Positions 8,612-19,489 of a stretch of DNA of 64,000 bases are shown one piece after another; position 1 is the first letter of the stretch, and each line of letters opens with the position of its first letter. The notes beneath the pieces were generated by a model. The model saw only the letters and a list, made by a program, of their open reading frames with translations, did no database searches and was not told the DNA's origin. Source of the stretch: a virus; IMG/VR virus record IMGVR_UViG_3300025138_000032, positions 5,688-69,687 of that record; one strand, given 5' to 3'. Both the position numbers and the translations under genes were made by a program.

Positions 8612-9416
8612 CGAAGAGAGTCTTAGAGACTTTAAACCAGTTTTAGCTAAATCTCTAGCACCCGAATGGTTTAAAAAGATGAAAGTCTTTCAACACGATA
8701 GGGGTAAGAGAATGCAAACTATTCGTGCTTGCCCTGCTATGGATGACTGGTTAAAATCTGGTTGGTTGATTCTTGCAAATAGAGACATGGAAGTTAATGT
8801 AGATGGTCCTTTTACATATACAAAAGATACTGAATTAGGCAAACAAGGCACGGCATCTCCTTCTCACCCATCAGCTCAGTTTGGTTATGCATTTAGTTAT
8901 CTAGGTGAAGAAGGTCCAATCAAAGATGCATTTAAAATGAGAAGTGCCTGGAACATAATAACACCCAAAGGATACTCATGTTTTTACTTAGACCCATTTC
9001 TATTTCAAAACAATCACTTTGCTACATGGCAAGGTGTTATAGATACAGATGACTTTAATGTCAATCAAGACAATTCACAAATTATTTTTTATCCTAAAGT
9101 TAATCATTCGTTTATTATACCAAAAGGAACTCCTTTAGTTCAAATCATACCGTTCAAAAGAGAAGAGTGGGTGGCGACATATCAATTAAAAGATGAGAAG
9201 GCCTGGCACAACGACAGAGGCGAAAACAGACATCAAGATATGCCTGGAATGGATGAAATAAATAGAACTAAGTACAATAAACTTCAAGATGAGAATCCAA
9301 ATCATATGGGTGCTTACAGAACTGAGGGTCATTGGAAAAGTAAAGGTAAAAACTTTAAAGAAATGGAACCACCACCAGAGTGTCCGTTTCATAAAGGAGA
9401 TGTAGATGGCGATTAA
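8583..9416 (+). CDS. Conserved phage protein, DUF6065-like beta-barrel family
   Basis: TIRACPAMDD...GW, TPKGYSCF, GVIDTD and IPKGTPLVQIIPFKR motifs; likely start at MPTIDF. Confidence 0.6.
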   Translation: MPTIDFTTFNEESLRDFKPVLAKSLAPEWFKKMKVFQHDRGKRMQTIRACPAMDDWLKSGWLILANRDMEVNVDGPFTYTKDTELGKQGTASPSHPSAQFGYAFSYLGEEGPIKDAFKMRSAWNIITPKGYSCFYLDPFLFQNNHFATWQGVIDTDDFNVNQDNSQIIFYPKVNHSFIIPKGTPLVQIIPFKREEWVATYQLKDEKAWHNDRGENRHQDMPGMDEINRTKYNKLQDENPNHMGAYRTEGHWKSKGKNFKEMEPPPECPFHKGDVDGD

Positions 9417-10113
9417 ATTATTCAGTCCAGCAGTAATAGTAGTGAGACGATGGTTAGACGAACCAGATGATAAAGTAGAAGGACTTACTCCTGAATATTT
9501 TGCACTATTGAAGAACGAAATGGATGCGATGAGAACAAGAGACCCACAAGGCAGAAAGAGGTCTAATGCTGGTAATGGTTGGCAGTCAAATGATGGTATA
9601 GATAATAATCCCATATTCAATAAGTTGATGAGAAACATTAAGAAGATGGCTCAAAACGAGTTGTTAGGATTCTGTGGATTTAAACCTGGCGAAGGTGAAA
9701 TAGACCAACATAATGCTTGGGGAAACATAAACTACAAAAATGGATCCAATCAACCACATTTACATAATGGGTGTAGTTATTCTGGTGCTTGTTATATTCA
9801 TGCAGAAGGTGATGAAGGTGATATTAGATTTATAGAGACATCAAAACATTTTGTGGGTATGCCTGTAAATACTCCTAGAATGGAAGAATCGTGGGCTGTA
9901 GCACCTAGAACAGGAGATATACTTTTGTTTCCTAGTGGATTGATGCATATGGTAGAAACAAACAAGACAGATAAAGATAGATACAGTATTTCATTTAACA
10001 TGGATATAAGAGGTGCAGACAATTCAGATATTTTTATCGATGAGGATGAAGCAAGACAAGAGAAAATGGATAATATTTTCAAAACAGACCACTTTGGTAA
10101 GCTTATTCAGTAG
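9406..10113 (+). CDS. Putative 2OG-Fe(II) oxygenase (TIGR02466-like)
   Basis: WGNIN, HLH, SGACY, LLFPSGLMHMV and RYSISFN. Confidence 0.8.
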   Translation: MAIKLFSPAVIVVRRWLDEPDDKVEGLTPEYFALLKNEMDAMRTRDPQGRKRSNAGNGWQSNDGIDNNPIFNKLMRNIKKMAQNELLGFCGFKPGEGEIDQHNAWGNINYKNGSNQPHLHNGCSYSGACYIHAEGDEGDIRFIETSKHFVGMPVNTPRMEESWAVAPRTGDILLFPSGLMHMVETNKTDKDRYSISFNMDIRGADNSDIFIDEDEARQEKMDNIFKTDHFGKLIQ

Positions 10114-10134
10114 CACATATTCATAAATAAGAGT

Positions 10135-10395
10135 ATGGATATAGTCGTAGACCCACATTTACTTTGGAACATCGTTTTAACTGTTGTTGTAGTTCCTGTC
10201 GGATGGATGATTCGAGGAATCTTTGCTGAACAGAAAAGAATGGATATTCTAATTAACAAAACACGAGAAGAAATTGCCAAAGAGTATGTTACCAGAGAAC
10301 AAATGGAACAGACATTTCAGCGTATTATAGACTCAATCGAGCGTATAGACGAAAAGATAGATAGACTTCAAACTAAAACTTTTTTCCAAGATTAG
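10135..10395 (+). CDS. Small membrane-anchored coiled-coil protein (holin-like)
   Basis: N-terminal TM helix, then EYVTRE and a coiled coil. Confidence 0.55.
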   Translation: MDIVVDPHLLWNIVLTVVVVPVGWMIRGIFAEQKRMDILINKTREEIAKEYVTREQMEQTFQRIIDSIERIDEKIDRLQTKTFFQD

Positions 10396-10401
10396 ATTTC
10401 A

Positions 10402-10409
10402 TATAAATA
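10402..10409 (+). promoter_or_regulatory. T4-type late promoter TATAAATA (others at 17768, 41661, 49414 and before gp18 and gp22; CATAAATA variants at 5718, 10122, 24017, 31814, 38275)
   Basis: Consensus gp55-dependent motif upstream of structural genes. Confidence 0.8.
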
Positions 10410-10433
10410 GTAGTATAAACAGGAAATACTACT

Positions 10434-11249
10434 ATGGCAGCTCCAAACAGCAAAGCAACATTTAAAGAATACATCAAGAGGAAACTTGGTGCTCCAGTCT
10501 TGGAAATCAATATTGATGATGACCAATTTGACGATAGAATAGACGAGGCACTGCAATATTTCCATAACTACCATTACGATGGTACGATGAAAACTTATCT
10601 CAAACATCAAATGACTTCAGTTAAGAAAGTTGCAATGAAGACCAATGAGACTGAAACAGAATCAGCAGCTGGTACCCACGCATACGCAGACGAAGAATTT
10701 GCAATGCAACAAAACTACATAGTCTTACCAGAATCAGTTACGGCTGTAATGAACATATTTCCATTCAACGATAAGTCAGCACTTAATATGTGGGACATAA
10801 GATATCAGTTAAGACTAAATGACTTATACAGTATGAATGCTACTAATTTACTACATTACGAAAGTGTTCAACAACAGATTCAAACAATGAATCACATTCT
10901 TATCGGAAGAACACCAATCAATTACAATCAACATCAAAATAGATTATATCTTCATATGGATTCAAATATGATAAATGATAATGAGTGGTTGATTATCGAA
11001 TGTTACAGAAAAATAGACCCAAATAACTTTACAGATGTATACAATGATATGTGGTTAAAGAAATATGCAACTGCATTATGTAAATATCAGTGGGGTGAAA
11101 ACTTATCTAAGTTCTCTGGTATCGCACTGCCAGGTGGTGTAACACTAGACGGACAACAGATGAAACAAGAAGCTCAAGAAGAGATAACAAGACTCGAAGA
11201 AGAGTCAAGACTAAATCATGACATGTTACCTATGGATATGATTGGATAA
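10434..11249 (+). CDS. gp13: Neck protein gp13
   Basis: LGAPVLEINIDDDQ...WLKKYATAL...QWGENLSKF...LPGGVTLDG; synteny. Confidence 0.95.
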   Translation: MAAPNSKATFKEYIKRKLGAPVLEINIDDDQFDDRIDEALQYFHNYHYDGTMKTYLKHQMTSVKKVAMKTNETETESAAGTHAYADEEFAMQQNYIVLPESVTAVMNIFPFNDKSALNMWDIRYQLRLNDLYSMNATNLLHYESVQQQIQTMNHILIGRTPINYNQHQNRLYLHMDSNMINDNEWLIIECYRKIDPNNFTDVYNDMWLKKYATALCKYQWGENLSKFSGIALPGGVTLDGQQMKQEAQEEITRLEEESRLNHDMLPMDMIG

Positions 11250-11256
11250 TTAAATT

Positions 11257-12108
11257 ATGCCAACTAATGTATTTTTTAACCATGCAGTAAACTCTGAACA
11301 ACATCTTTACGAAGATTTAGTTGTAGAGTCACTTAGATTCTATGGTCACGACTGCATGTATCTACCTCGACAAGTTATCGAAGAGGATAGTATACTCAAT
11401 GAAGATGTTCAATCTAGATTTGGTGATGCATACGGTGTTGAGATGTACATCGAAAATACAGATGGATTCGAAGGCGAAGGAGACTTAATGTCTAAGTTTG
11501 GTCTACAGATAAGAGACCAGGCAACATTCGTAATATCATTAAGAACATGGGAAAGATTCATATCATTAGATTCAAACCTTGCAACATCATTTAGACCCAA
11601 CGAAGGAGATTTAATTTACTTCCCTCTTAGTGGTTCAATGTTTGAGATAAAATTTGTAGAACATGAAGACCCATTCTATCAAGTAGGTAAACTATTTGTA
11701 TTTAAGATGAGATGTGAACTATTCGAATATAGTCAAGAAGACTTTGACACTGGTGTTGGTGATATAGACCTCATAGAAGACGAACAGGCATACTCATTAA
11801 ATATGACAATGAACAATGGAAATTCTCAAGACTATATTGCTAATGAGACACTTTCTCTTAGTGGTACAGTTGTTGCAGAAGTCGTATCTTGGAATCAACC
11901 AACAAGTAAACTACTTGCAAAAGATATCACAACAACACTACAAGTTGGCGATGTATTAAATGGTGCCAATGGTGCAACATTTACAATTGCATCTATTGAC
12001 GATAGAATGACATTTAACAATGATGCAGCTGCTCAAAACTTAGACTTTGAGAATAAAGATTCATCATACTTAGACTTGAGTGAAACAAATCCATTCGGAG
12101 AACCATAA
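11257..12108 (+). CDS. gp14: Neck protein gp14
   Basis: EQHLYEDLVVESL, SKFGL, RPNEGDLIYFP and PFYQVGK; ends NPFGEP. Confidence 0.95.
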   Translation: MPTNVFFNHAVNSEQHLYEDLVVESLRFYGHDCMYLPRQVIEEDSILNEDVQSRFGDAYGVEMYIENTDGFEGEGDLMSKFGLQIRDQATFVISLRTWERFISLDSNLATSFRPNEGDLIYFPLSGSMFEIKFVEHEDPFYQVGKLFVFKMRCELFEYSQEDFDTGVGDIDLIEDEQAYSLNMTMNNGNSQDYIANETLSLSGTVVAEVVSWNQPTSKLLAKDITTTLQVGDVLNGANGATFTIASIDDRMTFNNDAAAQNLDFENKDSSYLDLSETNPFGEP

Positions 12109-13145
12109 TGTTCGGAACATATTTTTACAATGAAACTATAAAGAGATGCGTATCAGTCTTTGGTACAATGTTCAATAATATAGAGTTTAAGAAAGTTAAG
12201 GCAGACGGAACAATTCTATCTTCTCCTATGGTACCAATATCATATGGACCAAAACAGAAGTTCTTAGATAGAATATCAGAAGAAGCAAATCTGTCTGATA
12301 AGAATAGGAGTGCAATATCGTTGCCAAGGATGGCATTTGAACTTACAGGTTTTGAATACGATGTGCAAAGACAACAGAATAAACTCATAAGAGCTGTCAA
12401 ACCCATCACCGAATCAAATGGCAAGAAAGGGTTTCAATACGCACCTGCACCATACAACTTGAATTTTACATTGTCTATTCTAACTAAGAACATGAACGAT
12501 GCACTACAAATAGTAGAACAAATACTACCATATTTTCAACCAGAGTATACAGTCACAATGAAAATGGTTGATACAATGGCAGACCATAGAGATGTGCCTA
12601 TAGTTTTAAACTCTGTATCATTTCAAGACGATTATGAAGGTTCTTTTGAAGATAGAAGAGTCATAGAGTATACTTTAGACTTCACAATGAAGACATACTT
12701 CTTTGGTCCTATCTATACTGGTAACATCATTAAGAATGTTGTTGAAAGAACTTACATTGGCGACAACTCTAATACATTCTCATCATCAACAATAGGTGCC
12801 TCAGGATTAGTCAAAGAGGTTAAACACTATGAACCTGCATTTGCAGAGTCATCTAATGCAGTAAATAACAGTACGACAGTCACCTTTCCTACTGCAATAA
12901 ATACTAGTATATCGGTAGGAGATGAAGTATTCGGAACTAATCTTACAACAAATCCAACGATATCGAGTATTGCAGGAAACAAAGAATCTATAGTACTAAG
13001 TGCAGCTGTCAACATGAATAAGGCTGTCAACAAGTTAAAGTTTGTGGGTTCAGTTGATGCAGACGACACATTTGTTGTCGCAGAGAATGTCAAATTCTAT
13101 GACGATGGTGTTAAAGATGATTACAGTGAAGAAGACAATAGTTAA
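12108..13145 (+). CDS. gp15: Tail sheath stabiliser/completion protein gp15 (with C-terminal extension)
   Basis: YFYNETIK, VPISYGPKQKF, LPRMAFE and QIVEQILPYFQP. Confidence 0.93.
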   Translation: MFGTYFYNETIKRCVSVFGTMFNNIEFKKVKADGTILSSPMVPISYGPKQKFLDRISEEANLSDKNRSAISLPRMAFELTGFEYDVQRQQNKLIRAVKPITESNGKKGFQYAPAPYNLNFTLSILTKNMNDALQIVEQILPYFQPEYTVTMKMVDTMADHRDVPIVLNSVSFQDDYEGSFEDRRVIEYTLDFTMKTYFFGPIYTGNIIKNVVERTYIGDNSNTFSSSTIGASGLVKEVKHYEPAFAESSNAVNNSTTVTFPTAINTSISVGDEVFGTNLTTNPTISSIAGNKESIVLSAAVNMNKAVNKLKFVGSVDADDTFVVAENVKFYDDGVKDDYSEEDNS

Positions 13146-13147
13146 GT

Positions 13148-13543
13148 ATGAATGAAATAGATGAAACATTAGATGGCCTTCTAAATATAGAATCGGAAAT
13201 CAAGCAAGAAACAAAAGTAGTTAAACTTCCGTCTCGACATGAGAACATGGAAACAGACTACAAGTACGCTAGAGAAAATCTTTATGGACTCGTAGAAAGA
13301 GGACAAGATGCAATCGAAGGCATACTACAATTATCAAAAGAAACAGAACACCCTCGTGCATATGAAGTTGCAGGTCAGTTAATCAAAACAGTGGGTGAAA
13401 CAGCAGAGAAACTTATAGATTTACAGAGTAAATTGAAGAAGTTAGAAGGCGAAGAACAACAGAAAATAGGACAACAACACAATCATTTGTATGTTGGGTC
13501 AACTTCTGAATTACAAAAGTTTCTTAAAAAGAACAAAGACTAA
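13148..13543 (+). CDS. gp16: Terminase small subunit gp16
   Basis: DYKYARENL, HPRAYEVAGQL and YVGSTSELQK. Confidence 0.93.
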   Translation: MNEIDETLDGLLNIESEIKQETKVVKLPSRHENMETDYKYARENLYGLVERGQDAIEGILQLSKETEHPRAYEVAGQLIKTVGETAEKLIDLQSKLKKLEGEEQQKIGQQHNHLYVGSTSELQKFLKKNKD

Positions 13544-13546
13544 AAT

Positions 13547-15169
13547 ATGGTTCAAGCGAAGAACGAAGGTTACTTAGGTAACAATTTAATCAAAAGGGCA
13601 GGTACAGAAACTAAGTACACCCAAGAACAGATAGCAGAATATCAGAAATGTTCTTCGGATCCTTGTCACTTTATTGAAAACTATACTCAAATTATATCAC
13701 TAGACGAAGGTTTAGTGCCATTTAAACTTCGTGGTTATCAAGATAAACTTATAAATCACTTCAATAGTAATAGATTTAATGTAGTTCTTGCAGCCAGACA
13801 GAGTGGTAAATCAATAACATCGTGTGCATACTTACTATGGTACATATTGTTCACTCCAGAAGTCACCGTTGCTGTTCTGGCGAACAAAGGTGCGATTGCC
13901 AGAGAGATGGTGTCTCGTATTGTAACCATGCTGGAGACCGTTCCCTTCTTCTTACAGCCGGGTGTTAAAATACTAAACAAAGGTAATATAGAGTTTGGAA
14001 ATGATAGTAAACTAGTCGCAGCCGCAACATCTTCAAGTTCTATTCGTGGTATGTCTATTAACATGCTATATCTAGATGAGTTCGCATTCGTAGAAGATGC
14101 AGAGACATTCTATACTGCAACATATCCAGTGGTAACATCGGGTAAAGACTCTAAGGTTATCATCACCTCGACTGCGAACGGTGTTGGTAATATGTTTCAT
14201 AAAATATATGAAAGTGCAATACATGACCAATCAGAGTATAAGTCATTTACTATTGGTTGGCAAGATGTACCAGGTCGTGACGAGGCATGGAAGAAACAGA
14301 CTATTGCAAACACTTCAGAAGCGCAGTTCGAACAAGAGTATGGTAACTCATTTTTAGGAACAGGTAATACTCTTATCAATGCAGACACCCTATTGGGTAT
14401 GAGAGCTGTAGACGGTGAATGGCAAAAAGATGGTCTAACAGTATACGATAGACCAGTAGAGGGTCATAACTATGTAGTTACAGTCGATGTATCACAAGGA
14501 AGAGGGTTTGACTACTCTACTTTTAGTATCTTCGATGTTTCTCAGAGACCATTTAAACAAGTTTGTACTTATAGAGATAACATGGTTAGCCCCATGCTGT
14601 TTCCGGATTTAATAAATAAGTACTGTAGTAGATACAATGAGGCTCTAGTTATTATAGAAAATAATGCAGAAGGTTCAATGGTCGCTACACAATTGCATTA
14701 TGATGTAGAATATCCAAATGTTTTCGTTCAAGGAATGACACATGCAAAAGATATCGGCATTACAATGTCTAGAAAAATTAAGAGAGTTGGATGTTCCACT
14801 CTCAAAGAACTATTAGAAGAGAACAGACTAGTTGTAGTAGATAGACCGACAATAACAGAGTTAATGACTTTTGTTAATAAAGGGTCGTCTTTTGAGGCAG
14901 ATAGAGGTTATCATGATGATATGGTAATGAATTGTGTATTATTTGCATGGTTTGTTACTACAGAATTCTTTACGCATTTAACAGATACCGCTGTAAAGGA
15001 CTTATTATACTCAGAACAACAGAAGATGATTGAGGATGATATGTTACCAGCAGGGGTATTCGGTGATAACTATGGTGCTGAAATGATTGTTGACTCGTCA
15101 GGACAGGCATGGTCTGTTGCAGAACAAGAAAAACCTCAAGAAGAGTTCTTAGATAATATAAATATATAA
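13547..15169 (+). CDS. gp17: Terminase large subunit gp17
   Basis: Walker A ARQSGKS, LDEFAF, nuclease DVSQGRG and HDDMVM. Confidence 0.97.
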   Translation: MVQAKNEGYLGNNLIKRAGTETKYTQEQIAEYQKCSSDPCHFIENYTQIISLDEGLVPFKLRGYQDKLINHFNSNRFNVVLAARQSGKSITSCAYLLWYILFTPEVTVAVLANKGAIAREMVSRIVTMLETVPFFLQPGVKILNKGNIEFGNDSKLVAAATSSSSIRGMSINMLYLDEFAFVEDAETFYTATYPVVTSGKDSKVIITSTANGVGNMFHKIYESAIHDQSEYKSFTIGWQDVPGRDEAWKKQTIANTSEAQFEQEYGNSFLGTGNTLINADTLLGMRAVDGEWQKDGLTVYDRPVEGHNYVVTVDVSQGRGFDYSTFSIFDVSQRPFKQVCTYRDNMVSPMLFPDLINKYCSRYNEALVIIENNAEGSMVATQLHYDVEYPNVFVQGMTHAKDIGITMSRKIKRVGCSTLKELLEENRLVVVDRPTITELMTFVNKGSSFEADRGYHDDMVMNCVLFAWFVTTEFFTHLTDTAVKDLLYSEQQKMIEDDMLPAGVFGDNYGAEMIVDSSGQAWSVAEQEKPQEEFLDNINI

Positions 15170-15222
15170 ATAAAAGTGTAAACAACTTTTACAATGTAAC
15201 AATACATTAACAGGAGAAAAGT

Positions 15223-17226
15223 ATGGCATTTCAAGTTTCACCAGGCGTTCAAGTCAAAGAGATTGACTTATCGAATGTTGTTCCGGCAGTATCCTCAACA
15301 AGAGGTGCTTTTGCTGGCGTATTCCAATGGGGACCTGTTGATGAAGTAAAAACAGTTTCAGATGGACAACAACTAGTTGAAGAATTCTACAAACCAGCAG
15401 ACACAAACGCATCTGTTGAAGACTTCTACACTGCCGAGTCTTTCCTGAGATATGGTTCTTCATTATCAGTAGTTAGAATATCTAACACTGGTTTATTCAA
15501 CGCAAACCAAGCAGGAAACTCAGCAACATTATTAAAACATTCAGATGACTATGTGAACACCTATAAATCAGGCGCTCTACATGGTACAGTAGGAAAATGG
15601 GTGGCAAGATACGCAGGCGCTTTAGGTAACTCACTTAAAGTTTCAATGTGTGCTTCGTCCAACGCATATTTCAATGACGCTGTAACTGCTGTCAACCTTT
15701 CGAATGGATACGCAGTTGGTTCTACTTCAGTAGTAACCGATGCAGGCGCATCATTCTTAGTTGGCGACATCATCAAATTCGCAAATCATTCAACACATTA
15801 CTCAGTTGACGGTATCTCATCACAAACATTAACAATCAAGGCATTAGGTCAACCCGCTGGGACTGGTCTTACAGCTGCTGTAGTTGATAATGAAACCATC
15901 GATAGATTTTGGGAACATTATGCATTGTTTGACAAGGCACCAGGAACATCAGCAGGGGCCAAATTAGTTGGTTCTGTAAATGATGAAGTTCATATTGTCG
16001 TAACAGACGAAGATGGTCTATTCACAGGCACTAAAGGTGCTGTGTTAGAATCACACGCATTCCTATCATTAGGGTCAGATGCAAAAGACTCAACAGGTAA
16101 TTCAAGTTATTATAAAGATGTGTTAGAGAGAGAATCTACACATATATGGTGGTCTGGTCATTCAACAGGGGTTTACGCTTCTGCTAATGAGACTAGAACA
16201 TTACAACAGGCAGTTGGCGCTGCTTTCACTAGACCTTCTCTTCCTGAGAATTCATCACTAACAGGTGGTGCAGATGGAAGAAAAAATTCATCAGTCGCAC
16301 AAAAAACCGCTGCTTGGGATACACATTTTGCAGATGCAGAAACAATAGATATCTCATTCTTAATAGTTGGTTCATCATTGAGTGACGCTGGAGCTGGTTC
16401 TGAGTCAGAAGTAGATACAATTGCAAATCATAATTCACTAGTAAACAGTGCAATACAACTTGCAGAGTTAAGAAAAGATTGTTTAGTAATTGCATCACCT
16501 AGAAAAACTTCAGTAGTTGGTGTCGCAAGTGAATCAACTCAATCAACAAATGTTAAGGCAGATTACACAAATTGTACATCTAGTTCTTACGCAGTATTCG
16601 ACAGTGGTTGGACTTATCAATATGAGAAGTACAATGACAAATATTGTTGGATTCCTGCATGTGGACACACCGCAGGCATCATGGCAAGAAGTGACTTACT
16701 TCAAGACCCATGGTTCTCACCTGCTGGGTTCTCAAGAGGACAATACTTAGGTATCACTAAACTTGCTTTCAATCCGAAACAAGCATCTAGAGATGACCTA
16801 TATCGTGCAAGAATTAATCCAATAGTCACATTCCCTGGACAAGGTACTGTACTATTTGGTGATAAGACTGCATTAACAAGTCCTAGTGCATTCGATAGAA
16901 TCAATGTAAGAAGACTATTCATCGTATTAGAAAAGGCAATCGCTACTGCCGCTAAAGCTCAACTGTTTGAATTCAACGATTCATTCACAAGGGCTCAATT
17001 CCGTGCAAGTGTAGAACCTTTCTTAAGAGATGTGAAGAACAGAAGAGGTTTAGTAGACTTCTCAGTAGTTTGTGACGAAACAAACAATACAGATGCAGTT
17101 CAAGATAGAAACGAATTCGTTTGTTCAATATTCTTGAAACCTGCTAAATCAATCAACTACATAACTTTAAACTTTGTTGCCGCTAGAAGTGGTGTTCAGT
17201 TTGAAGAAATTTACGGCGCAGTATAA
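15223..17226 (+). CDS. gp18: Tail sheath protein gp18
   Basis: SPGVQVKEID, PWFSPAG, FDRINVRRLF and FEFND. Confidence 0.97.
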   Translation: MAFQVSPGVQVKEIDLSNVVPAVSSTRGAFAGVFQWGPVDEVKTVSDGQQLVEEFYKPADTNASVEDFYTAESFLRYGSSLSVVRISNTGLFNANQAGNSATLLKHSDDYVNTYKSGALHGTVGKWVARYAGALGNSLKVSMCASSNAYFNDAVTAVNLSNGYAVGSTSVVTDAGASFLVGDIIKFANHSTHYSVDGISSQTLTIKALGQPAGTGLTAAVVDNETIDRFWEHYALFDKAPGTSAGAKLVGSVNDEVHIVVTDEDGLFTGTKGAVLESHAFLSLGSDAKDSTGNSSYYKDVLERESTHIWWSGHSTGVYASANETRTLQQAVGAAFTRPSLPENSSLTGGADGRKNSSVAQKTAAWDTHFADAETIDISFLIVGSSLSDAGAGSESEVDTIANHNSLVNSAIQLAELRKDCLVIASPRKTSVVGVASESTQSTNVKADYTNCTSSSYAVFDSGWTYQYEKYNDKYCWIPACGHTAGIMARSDLLQDPWFSPAGFSRGQYLGITKLAFNPKQASRDDLYRARINPIVTFPGQGTVLFGDKTALTSPSAFDRINVRRLFIVLEKAIATAAKAQLFEFNDSFTRAQFRASVEPFLRDVKNRRGLVDFSVVCDETNNTDAVQDRNEFVCSIFLKPAKSINYITLNFVAARSGVQFEEIYGAV

Positions 17227-17237
17227 GGAGTAATTAG

Positions 17238-17735
17238 ATGGCAAGTATAGACCAATTCAAAGCACAACTTTTAGGTGGTGGGCCAAGAGCTAACCGATTT
17301 AGAGTTTTTATACCTAGAACAGGTAACAAGATTGAATTTTTATGTCAATCAGCACAAATTCCCGCTGCTACATTAGGTGTTGTAGAACAACAGTTTAGAG
17401 GACATACACTGAAACTCGCAGGAGACAGGACATTCGAACCTTGGACAGTTACAATAATTAATGATGTGGAATTCTCTTCCAGAACAGCACTAGAGGGATG
17501 GCAAACAGACATCCAGTCACTAGACAGTGGTGAGGGACAAACAAATTTAGATTACCTAGTAGACAGAGCATTTGTCGAACAATTAAACAAAGACGATTCA
17601 GTCCTTGCAAGATACGAATTCTTTAATATGTTTCCCACCTCTATTGGTGCGATTGACTTATCTTACGAGACAGTTGATACATTGGAGACATTTGATGTTG
17701 AATTCCAGTACTCGCATTGGGAAAGAGTTCTTTAA
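17238..17735 (+). CDS. gp19: Tail tube protein gp19
   Basis: RANRF, AGDRTFEPWTVT; follows the sheath gene. Confidence 0.95.
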   Translation: MASIDQFKAQLLGGGPRANRFRVFIPRTGNKIEFLCQSAQIPAATLGVVEQQFRGHTLKLAGDRTFEPWTVTIINDVEFSSRTALEGWQTDIQSLDSGEGQTNLDYLVDRAFVEQLNKDDSVLARYEFFNMFPTSIGAIDLSYETVDTLETFDVEFQYSHWERVL

Positions 17736-17780
17736 AAATAAAGTGAATTTAACGCCTAAAAGGGTGTTATAAATATAGTT

Positions 17781-19313
17781 ATGGATATTTTAGGATTTGA
17801 AATCACTCGTAAGAAAGACGAGTTAAGAACAACAGATGTGGCAAAGAAAAACGCCACATCTTTTGTCGCTCCGCAGGAAGATGATGGTACGCCCATTATC
17901 CAACAATCACCAGGCGGATACATATCAGGTGGGGCATATGGTTCCTATGTTGATATGGAAGGTGGTATTAAGAATGAGGTTGCACTCATTAGAAGATACC
18001 GAGAAACATCTCTCGTACCTGAGTGTGATATTGCTATCGAAGATATAGTAAATGAATGTATAGTTTCAGATACCCAAGATAGAGTAGTCTCGCTAGACTT
18101 AAGAGATGTAGATTTATCAGATGCAATTCAGAAGAAAATGCATGCTGAGTTTAGGGAAGTTCTTTCCCTAATGAAATTTCATCAAAATTCGCACGAGATA
18201 TTCAGAAAATGGTATGTCGATGGTCGTATCTACTTCCACAAAATAGTAGATTCTAAGAGACCTCAGGCAGGCATGGTTGATATTAGAAATATTGACCCAT
18301 TAAAAGTTAAGAAAGTTCGTAATGTCGAGAAAGAGAAAGATAATAAAACAAAAATCGATGTTATTAAGAGAGTTGAAGAATTTTATGTTTTCAACGACAA
18401 AGGATTTGATAAAGGTAGTGCCTCAGAAGGTGCTACAGTAAGAATTGCACCAGAGGCAATAAGTTATACTACTTCTGGTATGCTAGATTACACAAAGAAT
18501 GTTGTAATCGGATACTTACATAAAGCATTGAAGACTGCAAATCAGTTATCAATGATGGAAGATGCACTTGTTATCTATAGGATTTCAAGAGCACCAGAAA
18601 GAAGAATATTCTATATTGATGTTGGTAACTTGCCAAAAGCAAAGGCAGAACAATATCTTGCAGATACTATGAACAAGTATAGAAACAAACTTGTTTATAA
18701 TGCAGATACAGGCGAAGTTAAAGACGATAGACGCCATCAATCAATGTTAGAAGACTTCTGGTTACCTAGAAGAGAAGGTGGCAGAGGAACAGAGATTACG
18801 ACTCTTCCAGGTGGACAAAACTTGGCTGAGATAGAAGATATAGAATACTTCAAGAAGAAGTTATATCGTTCTCTGAATGTTCCTACTTCAAGACTTGAGG
18901 CTGATAATGGTTTCAATATGGGTAGGGCATCTGAAATTAGTAGAGATGAACTTAAATTTAATAAGTTCACTAGTAGATTGCAAACTAAGTTTGCTAGACT
19001 ATTTACTGATTTACTCAGAACACAATTGATTTTAAAGAACATTGTATCGGGTCCAGAATTTGATGCAATAAAAGATTTCATACATTATGATTTTGCGACA
19101 GATAATCACTTTCAAGAATTAAAAGAAGGTGAGATTATAAGAGAAAGATTAGATATTCTTTCACAGGCTGAGTCATTTATTGGTAAATATTTTTCTGATG
19201 ATTATATCAGAAAGCATGTACTTCGTTTTACAGAAGAAGATATTTCTAGAATACAGAAAGAAATAGATTCAGAAGGACATGATAGTGAAGAAGAAGAAGG
19301 AGATGACTACTAA
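17781..19313 (+). CDS. gp20: Portal protein gp20
   Basis: WYVDGR, YRISRAPERRIFYIDVGNLP and EDFWLPRREGGRGTEI. Confidence 0.98.
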   Translation: MDILGFEITRKKDELRTTDVAKKNATSFVAPQEDDGTPIIQQSPGGYISGGAYGSYVDMEGGIKNEVALIRRYRETSLVPECDIAIEDIVNECIVSDTQDRVVSLDLRDVDLSDAIQKKMHAEFREVLSLMKFHQNSHEIFRKWYVDGRIYFHKIVDSKRPQAGMVDIRNIDPLKVKKVRNVEKEKDNKTKIDVIKRVEEFYVFNDKGFDKGSASEGATVRIAPEAISYTTSGMLDYTKNVVIGYLHKALKTANQLSMMEDALVIYRISRAPERRIFYIDVGNLPKAKAEQYLADTMNKYRNKLVYNADTGEVKDDRRHQSMLEDFWLPRREGGRGTEITTLPGGQNLAEIEDIEYFKKKLYRSLNVPTSRLEADNGFNMGRASEISRDELKFNKFTSRLQTKFARLFTDLLRTQLILKNIVSGPEFDAIKDFIHYDFATDNHFQELKEGEIIRERLDILSQAESFIGKYFSDDYIRKHVLRFTEEDISRIQKEIDSEGHDSEEEEGDDY

Positions 19314-19489
19314 TGTCAGAAATAGCTAAGAAAATAGTGGACCAAATAGAGTCCGGAAGATTACAAGATGCCCAGGATAGTATACATCAAGGTATCAAAC
19401 AAAAGGCTGCTGACCAGGTCGACATGAAAAGAGTCGAAATGTCAGTTGATTGGACAAATGGCGAAAACTTGGGAACAGATAACGACTAG
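19313..19489 (+). CDS. Small prohead core protein (gp67-like), not in the ORF track
   Basis: 58-aa ORF MSEIAKKIVDQIESG..., translationally coupled to gp20, in the gp67 position. Confidence 0.6.
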   Translation: MSEIAKKIVDQIESGRLQDAQDSIHQGIKQKAADQVDMKRVEMSVDWTNGENLGTDND

